Below are positions 15,633-23,808 of a DNA stretch of 37,031 nucleotides, piece after piece (the first letter of the stretch is position 1; the number at the start of each line of letters is the position of its first letter). The position numbers and the translations under genes are program-made. The notes under the pieces are model-generated. The model did not search any database and was not told where the DNA came from. It saw only the letters and a list, made by a program, of their open reading frames with translations. The stretch lies in UHGV virus genome UHGV-0204068. One strand, 5' to 3'. The stretch comes from a virus.

Positions 15633-15950
15633 ATGAATAAAAGAAAGTTGTACAAGCCATATACGAAAGATATTAAAAACATGATTGAAAACGGCTTTAA
15701 TATCCAGAATATATACGCAGCAATAAGTGAAGAAAGCGGGATCGATGCGAGTATTGAAACGTTCAAAAACTTCCTGAAAGGCAATGATATGCTGCCTGAG
15801 TCAAAGAAGCAGGAAACTTCGGTCAAGGATATCTTTGGCACCATTGCAAATTACATGGATTTCTATGAGCGTTGGGTGCGAACCAGTTGTCGATTAAACA
15901 GAGCAATATCAAATCCGAATAGAGTGCTGATGCGGAGGTATTTACAGTAG
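15633..15950 (+). CDS. hypothetical protein (105 aa)
   Basis: RBS GAGGGTGAGAGGGAAATG. Confidence 0.45.
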   Translation: MNKRKLYKPYTKDIKNMIENGFNIQNIYAAISEESGIDASIETFKNFLKGNDMLPESKKQETSVKDIFGTIANYMDFYERWVRTSCRLNRAISNPNRVLMRRYLQ

Positions 15951-15988
15951 GTTATGAAAAAAAGAAAGAGAATCCGAAGAAAAATGAA

Positions 15989-16441
15989 GTGCATATCTGT
16001 TCTTCCTGCGGACGGGAGATTATCGGAGATTTTGAGTACGTAAAAACAAAGAGAGGGACGGAATTGTATTTCCGCAAAGATATGAGGTGTAGATGGATGG
16101 ACGGGAAGAAAATTAGAGAAGCGATAGAAGCGTTTCAAGGTCAAGTGAATTGGTTAAAACGCATTGATGATAAAGATTGCGAAGAAGCATGTAGATGTTG
16201 TATCGAATATTTTGAGACTGCAATCAAAGCACTGGAAAAGCAGTTGCCGAAGAAGCCTGAAAAAGACGGAGTGACAGATAGCAGAGGTGTATTCCATCCG
16301 ATAAATGGAATTGATGGAGTACCGTATGACTTATGCCCCAATTGCTACAGTAATCTGTGCACAACCGGTATGTTCGGAAGGGACAAAGAAAGAATGAAGT
16401 ATTGCGAGAAGTGTGGCCAGAGATTGGATTGGAGTGAATAG
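15989..16441 (+). CDS. Cys-rich hypothetical protein (150 aa, GTG start), multiple CxxC motifs
   Basis: Contains CSSCGRE, CEEACRCC, CPNC and CEKCG; weak RBS. Confidence 0.45.
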   Translation: MHICSSCGREIIGDFEYVKTKRGTELYFRKDMRCRWMDGKKIREAIEAFQGQVNWLKRIDDKDCEEACRCCIEYFETAIKALEKQLPKKPEKDGVTDSRGVFHPINGIDGVPYDLCPNCYSNLCTTGMFGRDKERMKYCEKCGQRLDWSE

Positions 16442-16442
16442 C

Positions 16443-16622
16443 ATGGAAGAACTAAAGGAATGCCCGTTTTGTGGAGGAGAAGCAAGTCTTAAAGTTAATC
16501 ATGGATTCAGAGAAGAAGTTATATCAGCTTTTGTGTACTGCAAAGAATGCGGGGTTGCAACACGGAGTTGCGCTTTAGAAACTACTGCTATAGGGAAATG
16601 GAACAGGAGAGTGGAAGAATGA
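16443..16622 (+). CDS. lar: Lar-family restriction alleviation protein
   Basis: MEELKECPFCGGEASLKVNHG...YCKECGVATRSC...AIGKWNRRV matches the Lar_restr_allev pattern (zinc ribbon plus AI-AWNRR C-terminus). Start at the ATG at 16443 after GGAG. Confidence 0.6.
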   Translation: MEELKECPFCGGEASLKVNHGFREEVISAFVYCKECGVATRSCALETTAIGKWNRRVEE

Positions 16623-17107
16623 CTAGAGAAATCCTTTTTAAAGCAAAGAGAAAAGATAATGGAGAATGGGTAGAGGGTTTTTTATTTAAACAACAGTTAG
16701 AATCAGATGTTTGGTGCATTGGTGTTAATGCAATATCTGCAAATGATTTCTCAGAAATTTATGGAAGAAACGTTGATTGGTTTATAATCGACCCCTACAC
16801 CCTCTGCCAGTACACAGGGCTTACCGACAAGAACGGCAAGAAGATTTGGGAGAATGATATTTTGACATGCCACAAACATGAATATGATTTAGTAAGGGTT
16901 GTATTTGGTGAATTCAATGCAATTGATGCGGATACTTTAGAAACAATTGATAGAGCCGTCGGATGGCATACAGAAGTAATTGAAACAGATGCATTAAGCA
17001 AATGCGAACCGTTTTGCCTTCCAATGCCATTGACAGATTATTACATTGATAGAGGCGAAATGGAAGTTGTCGGCAATGTGTTTGATGATTTGGAGGTGGT
17101 GAAATAA
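16619..17107 (+). CDS. YopX-family protein
   Basis: Start MTREILFKAKRKDNGEWVEGF and C-terminal VVGNVFDDLEVV match the YopX signature (…IGNIYENPELL). Confidence 0.65.
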   Translation: MTREILFKAKRKDNGEWVEGFLFKQQLESDVWCIGVNAISANDFSEIYGRNVDWFIIDPYTLCQYTGLTDKNGKKIWENDILTCHKHEYDLVRVVFGEFNAIDADTLETIDRAVGWHTEVIETDALSKCEPFCLPMPLTDYYIDRGEMEVVGNVFDDLEVVK

Positions 17108-17320
17108 ATGGACTTAAAAATGGAATATTTAGGGATGGACACTATGACTTATAATTACTTTTTACGTGCAGGTGCAAGAACGATAGTAGATGTATGTGAT
17201 ATTTTGAATGGTAAGAGAGCGATGCAGAGAAAAATTCCAGAATATGTATTGAGAAAAGCGAAGGAGTATGTAAAGGTGCAAGAAAGTATTTTGGAAATCC
17301 GTTTGTTGAAGGAAGAGTGA
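17108..17320 (+). CDS. small HhH DNA-binding-like protein (RNAP alpha-CTD-like motif)
   Basis: MTYNYFLRAGARTIVDVCDI resembles the alpha-CTD helix-hairpin-helix. RBS GGAGGTGGTG. Confidence 0.4.
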   Translation: MDLKMEYLGMDTMTYNYFLRAGARTIVDVCDILNGKRAMQRKIPEYVLRKAKEYVKVQESILEIRLLKEE

Positions 17321-17502
17321 TGAAGTATAACAGGCTGAAGTATAACAAACAAAAGTTTTGCGATTGTAGTGACAAAGAAAAATTGCAAATTGTAAAGGAA
17401 GAATTGGCACTTGAAACACATAACGGAACTACAAAAGATGATTTATTGATGCTGCTTGATTGGACGTACAACAGATTAATAAAAGGCGATTTGGAGGTGT
17501 AA
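17317..17502 (+). CDS. small hypothetical protein (61 aa)
   Basis: Overlapping start (ATGA). RBS GAAGGAAGAG. Confidence 0.4.
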   Translation: MMKYNRLKYNKQKFCDCSDKEKLQIVKEELALETHNGTTKDDLLMLLDWTYNRLIKGDLEV

Positions 17503-17505
17503 AGA

Positions 17506-17892
17506 ATGAACGTACTAGAGAAGATTTTGGAAGAGATAAAAGAAGCATTTGACGAAAACATAGACGACATAGAAGATTCAGCAGGTATTCATCATTTTGC
17601 AATAGATAGTTTTACTGCATGGTATATTGCGAGAAAAATCATCCGCTCTCACATGGACAATGTACCGGATAATAATGACGGATGGATTCCGGTAAGTGAG
17701 AAATTGCCGGAAGAATCAGATTATTATATGGCTTGCATATGCAATGATGAAGTATGCGATTATGATTTCAGAAAAACATGGTTCGCTCACGCAGATGATT
17801 ATGACATGGATAAATCAGAGTGGCGAGAACTGTATGATTTTGAAAGAGTAATCGCATGGCAGCCACTTCTGGAACCATACAAGGAGAAATAA
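17506..17892 (+). CDS. DUF551-like phage protein
   Basis: The DGWIPVSEKLPEESDYYMACI motif is typical of DUF551. Acidic protein. Confidence 0.5.
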   Translation: MNVLEKILEEIKEAFDENIDDIEDSAGIHHFAIDSFTAWYIARKIIRSHMDNVPDNNDGWIPVSEKLPEESDYYMACICNDEVCDYDFRKTWFAHADDYDMDKSEWRELYDFERVIAWQPLLEPYKEK

Positions 17893-17893
17893 C

Positions 17894-18085
17894 ATGGACA
17901 TTTTAATCACAATCGCATTCCTGGCTCTGTACTACATTCTAGGGCTTGGAACTGTTATTACCCTAAAGACAGGAATCGAAGAAGATGTGGAGCTGGAAGG
18001 TGCGGATTACCTTCTGGCTGCGGGATTCCCGATACTGTTATTTATAATTTTTTTGGACTGGATTGTGCGAAAGATAGTGAGGTAG
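17894..18085 (+). CDS. small two-TM membrane protein
   Basis: RBS AAGGAGAAATAAC. Hydrophobic segments ILITIAFLALYYILGLGTVI and LAAGFPILLFIIFLDWIV. Confidence 0.4.
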   Translation: MDILITIAFLALYYILGLGTVITLKTGIEEDVELEGADYLLAAGFPILLFIIFLDWIVRKIVR

Positions 18086-18131
18086 AAAAGATGAACAAGG
18101 AAACTATGAAGCGCAGAAAGGAGAAGAGAAA

Positions 18132-18575
18132 ATGCTAATTGAAGATAAAGTGCAGATAGAAGCAGTGAAAACAAGATCGTATATGATGGGTGAGATAGAT
18201 GGAAAAGTGATGATTACGCAAGGCAGATATATTGTATTCGTGAAGAAAGAAGATTTCTTGCTCGACATAGATAAGCAGAAGAAATTGCCAGAAGATGGGG
18301 TGAAACATTTTTCCGCAGAAAATATTCAGAGCAAAATGAGGGCGGCCAAGTTGTCAAACAGAATGCTTACAACTGGCAAAAGCATTTTGAGAGCAATAAG
18401 AGACGAGACAACAGGGGAATACGCTTGGTTTGATAATAAATATTTGAAAATGTTTGACGGATGCACGCCAAATCTTATTAAATACCCCGGAAACTCTGAA
18501 TACTACGATGCCGTGTTTACACGCTACGGAGAAATAATAGGCATCATACTTCCTGTGAGGGTGAGTGAATGGTGA
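18132..18575 (+). CDS. hypothetical protein (147 aa)
   Basis: RBS AAGGAGAAGAGAAAATG. Confidence 0.5.
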   Translation: MLIEDKVQIEAVKTRSYMMGEIDGKVMITQGRYIVFVKKEDFLLDIDKQKKLPEDGVKHFSAENIQSKMRAAKLSNRMLTTGKSILRAIRDETTGEYAWFDNKYLKMFDGCTPNLIKYPGNSEYYDAVFTRYGEIIGIILPVRVSEW

Positions 18576-18610
18576 TAATAAGCTAGACGCAGAAAGGAGA
18601 TAGCGGACAG

Positions 18611-18790
18611 TATGAAGAAGATAGAAGCATACACCATGGCAACGAGAAAGCCCTGCGAGACGGCTTTAAAGCAACAAGGGCATAAACCCTTTGCCTGTGA
18701 TTTTAAAAGTCGTGAGAGGGCGAATAGGGACGTTGTAGAGTATATGGCGAAAAAGTACAACATTAAAAAGCCAATTCCAGGAGGTGATTG
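18611..18790 (+). CDS. small basic ORF (59 aa)
   Basis: AAAGGAGA lies 11 nt upstream. Below the ORF-track cutoff. Confidence 0.3.
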
Positions 18791-18792
18791 AG

Positions 18793-19206
18793 TTGGACAA
18801 GAAAACACTGAAAAGGTATAAGCCAAACAAAGACAGACTTATCCGAATCGAGGGACAAATACAGGAACTATGCGAACGGGAGTCAACCGTTGTCATGGGA
18901 AAAGTAACTGGATCCAGTGCAGATTTCCCGTACACGGAAGTACGGACATCAGTGCAAATGTATGACCCTTACGAAGAAGAGAATGTAAGGCGTCAGATCA
19001 GGAGAAAAGAAGCGGACAGGCTGCGGATCCTGAAAGAGCAAAGAGAAGTAGAGGAATACATAAATGGGATTGGTGATCCGGAGATTAAGGAGATATTCGA
19101 GTTGCACTATCTTAAGGGGGAAACCCAACAAAAAGTCGCAGATGAAATTGGATATACTCAGGCGCGAGTATCGCAGATTATAAGCGGACAGCTTAAAGAT
19201 TTATAG
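18793..19206 (+). CDS. ArpU-like / sigma-70 region-4-like late transcriptional regulator
   Basis: C-terminal ETQQKVADEIGYTQARVSQIISGQLKDL is a sigma region 4 HTH. Size and position (just before the packaging genes) fit the ArpU family. Start likely the TTG at 18793 after GGAGGTGA. Confidence 0.55.
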   Translation: MDKKTLKRYKPNKDRLIRIEGQIQELCERESTVVMGKVTGSSADFPYTEVRTSVQMYDPYEEENVRRQIRRKEADRLRILKEQREVEEYINGIGDPEIKEIFELHYLKGETQQKVADEIGYTQARVSQIISGQLKDL

Positions 19207-19284
19207 CATTTATATTTTACTTATGCTATAATTATTCTAGAACGATTGTATATTGTTCTAAAACAATCTTTCCAAACATTCGAA

Positions 19285-19327
19285 GCACCGCCGGATTTTC
19301 ACCCTTTCTCGTCTGGCGGTGTTTCTT
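19285..19327 (+). terminator. rho-independent terminator after the ArpU-like gene
   Basis: CACCGCC (19285-19291) pairs with GGCGGTG (19314-19320) around a large loop, followed by TTTCTT. Confidence 0.5.
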
Positions 19328-19330
19328 ATG

Positions 19331-19401
19331 CGGAGTATAGCATCAATGGTAGACGCGCAGGGTCGCGACCTGTGTTCCCGGTTCGATTCCGGGTGCTCCG
19401 C
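19331..19401 (+). tRNA. atypical tRNA-like gene (anticodon loop GUCGCGA, apparent anticodon CGC)
   Basis: Perfect T-arm (CCCGG-TTCGATT-CCGGG), a 7-bp acceptor stem (CGGAGTA/TGCTCCG, with an extra G(-1):C73 pair) and an anticodon stem GCAGG/CCTGT. The D-stem is non-canonical (a shifted 5-bp stem with an A-C mismatch) and the variable loop is only 3 nt. No CCA is encoded. Confidence 0.4.
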
Positions 19402-19595
19402 TTCGGATGTAAAGTGTGCTGCTGAGCAGTCCTTAAATGATTAAGCGCGCGATCGGCTTTGCATCTGATTGGTACCAATAGCAGATATCCGCAGATCTGC
19501 AAAAAACAAACAAAAAAAATAGATTCAGTGCTCTATATTTAGTGTCAGTACCCGAGTGCGGATAGGGTAAAGGATGTCAATAAAAGGCATCCTAC

Positions 19596-19668
19596 GGGTG
19601 TATAGCTCAGTTGGCAGAGTAATCGGCTTTTAACCGATGTGTCGTAGGTTCAAGTCCTGCTATACCCG
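19596..19668 (+). tRNA. tRNA-Lys (anticodon UUU)
   Basis: Acceptor GGGTGTA/TATACCC, D-arm TAGCTCAGTTGGCAGAG, anticodon stem ATCGG/CCGAT with loop CTTTTAA, 5-nt variable loop, T-arm GTAGG-TTCAAGT-CCTGC. Cloverleaf is canonical throughout. Confidence 0.8.
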
Positions 19669-19672
19669 TTGT

Positions 19673-19768
19673 GGACTACTGCAAGGTTCCTCCTTTCTCA
19701 TAAATTTGATTGTGTACTTGGTTATTTTGGTTATTACTGGCATTTGTAATTCTTTCGAGCAGTAGTCC
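19673..19768. repeat. 10-bp perfect inverted repeat GGACTACTGC ... GCAGTAGTCC with a 76-nt spacer immediately 3' of tRNA-Lys
   Basis: Seen in the sequence. The spacer contains a direct repeat GGTTATT x2. Confidence 0.35.
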
Positions 19769-19817
19769 TACATTCTTGGTATCCAGAGATGGATGCTTTT
19801 ATTATGTTTAAAAAGGC

Positions 19818-20462
19818 GTGGAAATGAGATATACAAATTTAAGAAATTATGAAAATCTACAAAAAATAATAATGCAAGGATGCGGAGAGTATGATATTCC
19901 AGGAATCTTTCCACAGGATTTTAACGGAGAGCATCAGTTCGTCTCTTTTAATGCTGCCAGAACAACAAAAGATAGAAAAGATAAAGTGTGTCATTTTTTC
20001 ATAGATGATTATCAATTCACGAGGTTGTGGACAAACATTGATTCATATATCCAGATGCTACAAGAGTTTGATTATGTGCTTACACCAGATTTCAGTTTGT
20101 ATCTAGATTACCCAAAAGCAATACAGATATACAACCATTACCGAAAACACTGGTGTGGCGCTTACATGCAAAAGAACGGAATCAAAGTTATTCCAACAAT
20201 TGCGTGGAGTGACAAAGAATCATTTAACTGGTGCTTTGACGGAGAGCCAGAGGGCGGAACTGTGGCAGTATCCAGTGTCGGTTGCATGAAAGATAAGAAC
20301 AGTAAAAATCTATTCGTTGACGGATATAAAGAGATGGTTAGAAGTCTACAACCAGAAACCATCATTTTCTATGGAGAAATTCCGGATGAGTGCATGGGAA
20401 ACATTGTTCACGTAAAAGCGTATGCCGATAAATTCAAGGAGGTAAGATGCAATGGGTGGTAG
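19818..20462 (+). CDS. DUF4417-like phage protein
   Basis: CHFFIDDYQFTRLW...PDFSLYLDYP...IPTIAWSD matches the general DUF4417 pattern as I recall it. Function unknown. Confidence 0.45.
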   Translation: MEMRYTNLRNYENLQKIIMQGCGEYDIPGIFPQDFNGEHQFVSFNAARTTKDRKDKVCHFFIDDYQFTRLWTNIDSYIQMLQEFDYVLTPDFSLYLDYPKAIQIYNHYRKHWCGAYMQKNGIKVIPTIAWSDKESFNWCFDGEPEGGTVAVSSVGCMKDKNSKNLFVDGYKEMVRSLQPETIIFYGEIPDECMGNIVHVKAYADKFKEVRCNGW

Positions 20463-20851
20463 AGGAAGCTCAAGTGGATTGTCCGGAGGTGGAAGAAACT
20501 CAGTGATTGATTCGAAAGCAAAAACAAGAACAATTGAAACGGAATACAAAAAAGGCGGTGGATTTGGAGGGGGGGGGGTATTACAAATCCGAAGTACTAG
20601 AAGCTGTAGAAAACGGAAAAGGAAATTTAAAATTCCTGTACGCAACGCCAGAAAAAAGAGAGCAGACAGCGAAAACAAATAAGACGCAATACATTACATA
20701 CAAATTAAAAGCAGGCGCTGAAAACGGCGAAACATTCGGAATAAATTGGGATAACGTGAAATCCGTATCTGGACAAACATATAATTTGCGAAGTGAAGTT
20801 AAAGACAGAGGATTCAAGTGGGACGGAAAAACAAAGAGTTGGGTTAGATAG
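20452..20851 (+). CDS. Gly-rich gene interrupted by a G10 homopolymer; frame A 20452-20682 (76 aa), frame B continues 20569-20851
   Basis: AAGGAGG 9 nt upstream of the ATG at 20452. At the G-run (20569-20578) both frames stay open. A 1-nt change in tract length would fuse the N-terminal MGGRGSSSGLSGGGRNS...KKGGGFGGG to the C-terminal YYKSEVLEAVENGKGNLKFLYATPEK...KSWVR (~133 aa). Confidence 0.4.
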
Positions 20852-20868
20852 AGAAGGAGGTGAGCTGG

Positions 20869-21252
20869 ATGGCAAAAGGTAAATATCAGGAATGGCTAGA
20901 GCCGGAAGGCTTGCTAAAGATAGAGGGATGGGCGAGAGATGGTCTGACGGATGAGCAAATAGCACAGAACATGGGAATAAACCCTACGACTCTGTACGAA
21001 TGGAAAAAGAAATATCCAAAGATTTCCGAGTCCCTAAAAAGAAGCAAAGATGTTGCAGACAGGCAAGTAGAGAATGCGCTGTTTAAAAATGCAATAAACG
21101 GAAATATAACAGCTCAAATATTCTGGCTCAAGAACCGCAAGCCAGACAAATGGAGAGACAAGCAAGAATACGAGGACAGAACAGCAATTGAAAAGCTGGA
21201 TGAAATCTTGAAAGGAATGCATGACAATGCAGCTAAGCCAAAAACAGAATGA
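20869..21252 (+). CDS. terS: terminase small subunit
   Basis: LTDEQIAQNMGINPTTLYEWKKKYP HTH and NGNITAQIFWLKNRKPDKW. Lies directly upstream of and overlapping terL. Start at the ATG at 20869 after AGAAGGAGGTGAG. Confidence 0.7.
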   Translation: MAKGKYQEWLEPEGLLKIEGWARDGLTDEQIAQNMGINPTTLYEWKKKYPKISESLKRSKDVADRQVENALFKNAINGNITAQIFWLKNRKPDKWRDKQEYEDRTAIEKLDEILKGMHDNAAKPKTE

Positions 21253-22459
21253 GTATATACTAAACGCTACCCACAGGTGGAATATCAAGTCTGGTGCGGT
21301 ACGTTCTGGCAAGTCTTTTGTCGACACGGCATACATCGTTCCAAAAAGAATTCGTGAAAGAGCAGGAAAGCCCGGCTTGAATGTCATTATGGGAGTCTCA
21401 AAAGAATCCATAGAGCGAAACGTCCTACAGCCGATGAGAGAGATCTATACCGGCGACCTGATTGGGAACATTAACAACAGGAATGTGGCCAGAGTATGCG
21501 GAGAAGATGTCTATTGTCTAGGGGCGGAAAAGGTCAGCCAGGTTGCAAAGATACAGGGAGCATCCATCAAGTATTGCTATGGGGATGAGATTGCAAAATG
21601 GAACAAAGAAGTCTTCCAGATGTTGAAATCCCGCCTTGATAAAACGTACTCCTGCTTCGATGGAGCTTGCAACCCTGAGAATCCTACACACTGGTTAAAG
21701 GAATTTATCGACAACAAAGAACTGGACATCTACTTGCAGAAATACACGATTTTTGACAATCCATTCCTGGATGCAGAATTTGTAAAGCAGCTCTGCAAAG
21801 AATACGAAGGTACGGTTTACTACGACCGCTTAATTCTCGGACTCTGGAAGAGAGCAGAGGGAGCAATATACCGCAAATTCGCAGATCATCCGGAAGAATT
21901 TATCAAAGAGCCTACAGCAACAGATCTGACAGAAATTGTTGTTGGTGTGGATTTCGGTGGAAATAAGTCTGGTCATTCTTTTGTAGCAAGAGGGTACGAC
22001 CGAGACAACAATGTGTACGGATTAAAGAGCGTCCGGCACATGAATAAGGATTTTAAAGACGGAATTGACTCAAACGTCCTGAATGATCTGCTTATCAAAT
22101 TCGTGGACGAGGTGCAAGACAAGTATGGCAAGGTTGACTTTATCTATTGGGATAATGCAGAGACTACGCTCGGTCAGAGTATCCGAAACGCTATGCTCAA
22201 AGCTAATCCGACCACGATTGTAAGACCAGCCAAGAAAAACAGAATAAAAGACCGAATTGAATGCGTCTTAAAGCTCATGGGAGCTGGGCGGTTTTTTGTT
22301 ACAAATGACTGTGAAACATTATCGACTGCGCTACAAGAAGCAGTGTGGGATGATAAAGCAATGAAAGACGATCGTCTGGATGATGGAAGTAGTGATATTG
22401 ATACACTGGATGCATTTGAGTACACGATAGAACGTGACATTAAGATGCTGACGGAGTGA
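21221..22459 (+). CDS. terL: terminase large subunit (PBSX/Terminase_3-like)
   Basis: Walker A GAVRSGKS near the N-terminus, C-terminal nuclease-like acidic motifs (VGVDFGG, DNAET). Size is typical. Confidence 0.85.
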   Translation: MTMQLSQKQNEYILNATHRWNIKSGAVRSGKSFVDTAYIVPKRIRERAGKPGLNVIMGVSKESIERNVLQPMREIYTGDLIGNINNRNVARVCGEDVYCLGAEKVSQVAKIQGASIKYCYGDEIAKWNKEVFQMLKSRLDKTYSCFDGACNPENPTHWLKEFIDNKELDIYLQKYTIFDNPFLDAEFVKQLCKEYEGTVYYDRLILGLWKRAEGAIYRKFADHPEEFIKEPTATDLTEIVVGVDFGGNKSGHSFVARGYDRDNNVYGLKSVRHMNKDFKDGIDSNVLNDLLIKFVDEVQDKYGKVDFIYWDNAETTLGQSIRNAMLKANPTTIVRPAKKNRIKDRIECVLKLMGAGRFFVTNDCETLSTALQEAVWDDKAMKDDRLDDGSSDIDTLDAFEYTIERDIKMLTE

Positions 22460-22467
22460 GGTGTAAG

Positions 22468-23802
22468 ATGTTTAAGTTTATTAACAAGGTTATTACAGGA
22501 GTGTTTAACATGATAAGCAGAACCACAATGAAGCAGGTATTGAGAGAATCTCCTGCAATTACAAGCACGATGGTGCAGAAAATAAATGAGTGGAACAGTA
22601 TGCTGTCCGGGAATGCAGACTGGTGCAAGGATTATGTAACGTCACTGAAAATTGAACAGGGAATATGCAGAGAGTTTGCAGATGTTGTCTTGTCGGAAAT
22701 GGAAGTTAAGATATCGAACGACAAGCTCTTTAATCTATTTGCGAGTACCACGGAGAGCCTGAACGAAAACTTGCAGGACGGTCTTGGACTTGGCTCTTTT
22801 TGCTTAAAACCGCTTGGAAATGGACAGGCAGAGTTCGTGACAGCGGATAAATTTATTCCGGTAAGCTTCGGAAATGACGAGAATCCGAACGATATAGTCT
22901 TTCTGGACTTCCGCGATATTGACGATGCAAAGTATTATGTGCGCTTGGAGCGACACAGTATCAAAAACGGATTTCTTGAGATCACGAATGAAGCCTATTG
23001 CTCTTCCACCAGATACGGATTTGACCGAAAAATTCCGCTGGAAAGTCTAGAAGCGTGGAGCGGACTGCCAGAACACGTGGCATATCCGGGAGTGAAAGAG
23101 ATGGATTTTGGATATTACCGGAATCCAATCAAAAACAGGATTGATGACACGCCTTGCGGTGTGTCTATTTTTGATTATGCGATCGATTTAATCCGGAAAG
23201 CTGACGTGCAGAGTGCAAGGATAGACTGGGAGTTTGAGTCTGGTGAGAGGGCGATCCATGTGGATGCTGCGGCTATCAAGCGAGAGCCAGACGGACAGAA
23301 CGGTATAGCAAAGTTAAATAAAAAATTGTACCGAGGAATTGATGGCGAAGAGGGATTTTTCAAAGAATTTTCGCCGGAGCTTAGAGAACAGAACTTAATC
23401 AACGGTCTGGAAAACTACTTTAGACAGATCGAGTTTGTAGTTGGTCTTGCGTTCGGAGATTTAAGCAATCCGCAGAGCGTGGATAAGACAGCCACAGAGG
23501 TTAAGGCATCAAAAAACCGGAAGTACAACCGCGTGAAAGCAATTCAGGACAATTTGAGAGACTGCTTAGAGGATTTTGTAAGAGGTCTGGCGTTCCACGA
23601 GGGTATGTTGCATTCAGGGTACGAGTTTATTTGCACGTTCAAAGATTCTATTTTGACGGATGAGGAAACAGACAGGCAACTAATGCTAAACGAGATTGCA
23701 TCCGGAATACGGGCACCGTGGGAATACAGAGTGCGATTCTTGGGAGAGGATGAAGATACGGCAAAGGAAAATGTTCCGGAGCAAACAAGAGTGATGGAGT
23801 GA
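22468..23802 (+). CDS. portal protein
   Basis: Size (~445 aa) and position immediately after terL. RBS GGAGTGAGGTG. Start taken at MFKFINK. Confidence 0.65.
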   Translation: MFKFINKVITGVFNMISRTTMKQVLRESPAITSTMVQKINEWNSMLSGNADWCKDYVTSLKIEQGICREFADVVLSEMEVKISNDKLFNLFASTTESLNENLQDGLGLGSFCLKPLGNGQAEFVTADKFIPVSFGNDENPNDIVFLDFRDIDDAKYYVRLERHSIKNGFLEITNEAYCSSTRYGFDRKIPLESLEAWSGLPEHVAYPGVKEMDFGYYRNPIKNRIDDTPCGVSIFDYAIDLIRKADVQSARIDWEFESGERAIHVDAAAIKREPDGQNGIAKLNKKLYRGIDGEEGFFKEFSPELREQNLINGLENYFRQIEFVVGLAFGDLSNPQSVDKTATEVKASKNRKYNRVKAIQDNLRDCLEDFVRGLAFHEGMLHSGYEFICTFKDSILTDEETDRQLMLNEIASGIRAPWEYRVRFLGEDEDTAKENVPEQTRVME

Positions 23803-23808
23803 TAGACA

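Noticed and set aside
19402-19595. Possible third tRNA between the two tRNA genes
   Set aside because: No GTTCRANYC T-loop motif or cloverleaf-compatible acceptor pairing. Only short hairpins (CTGCT/AGCAG, GCAGAT/ATCTGC, AGGATG/CATCCT) are present.
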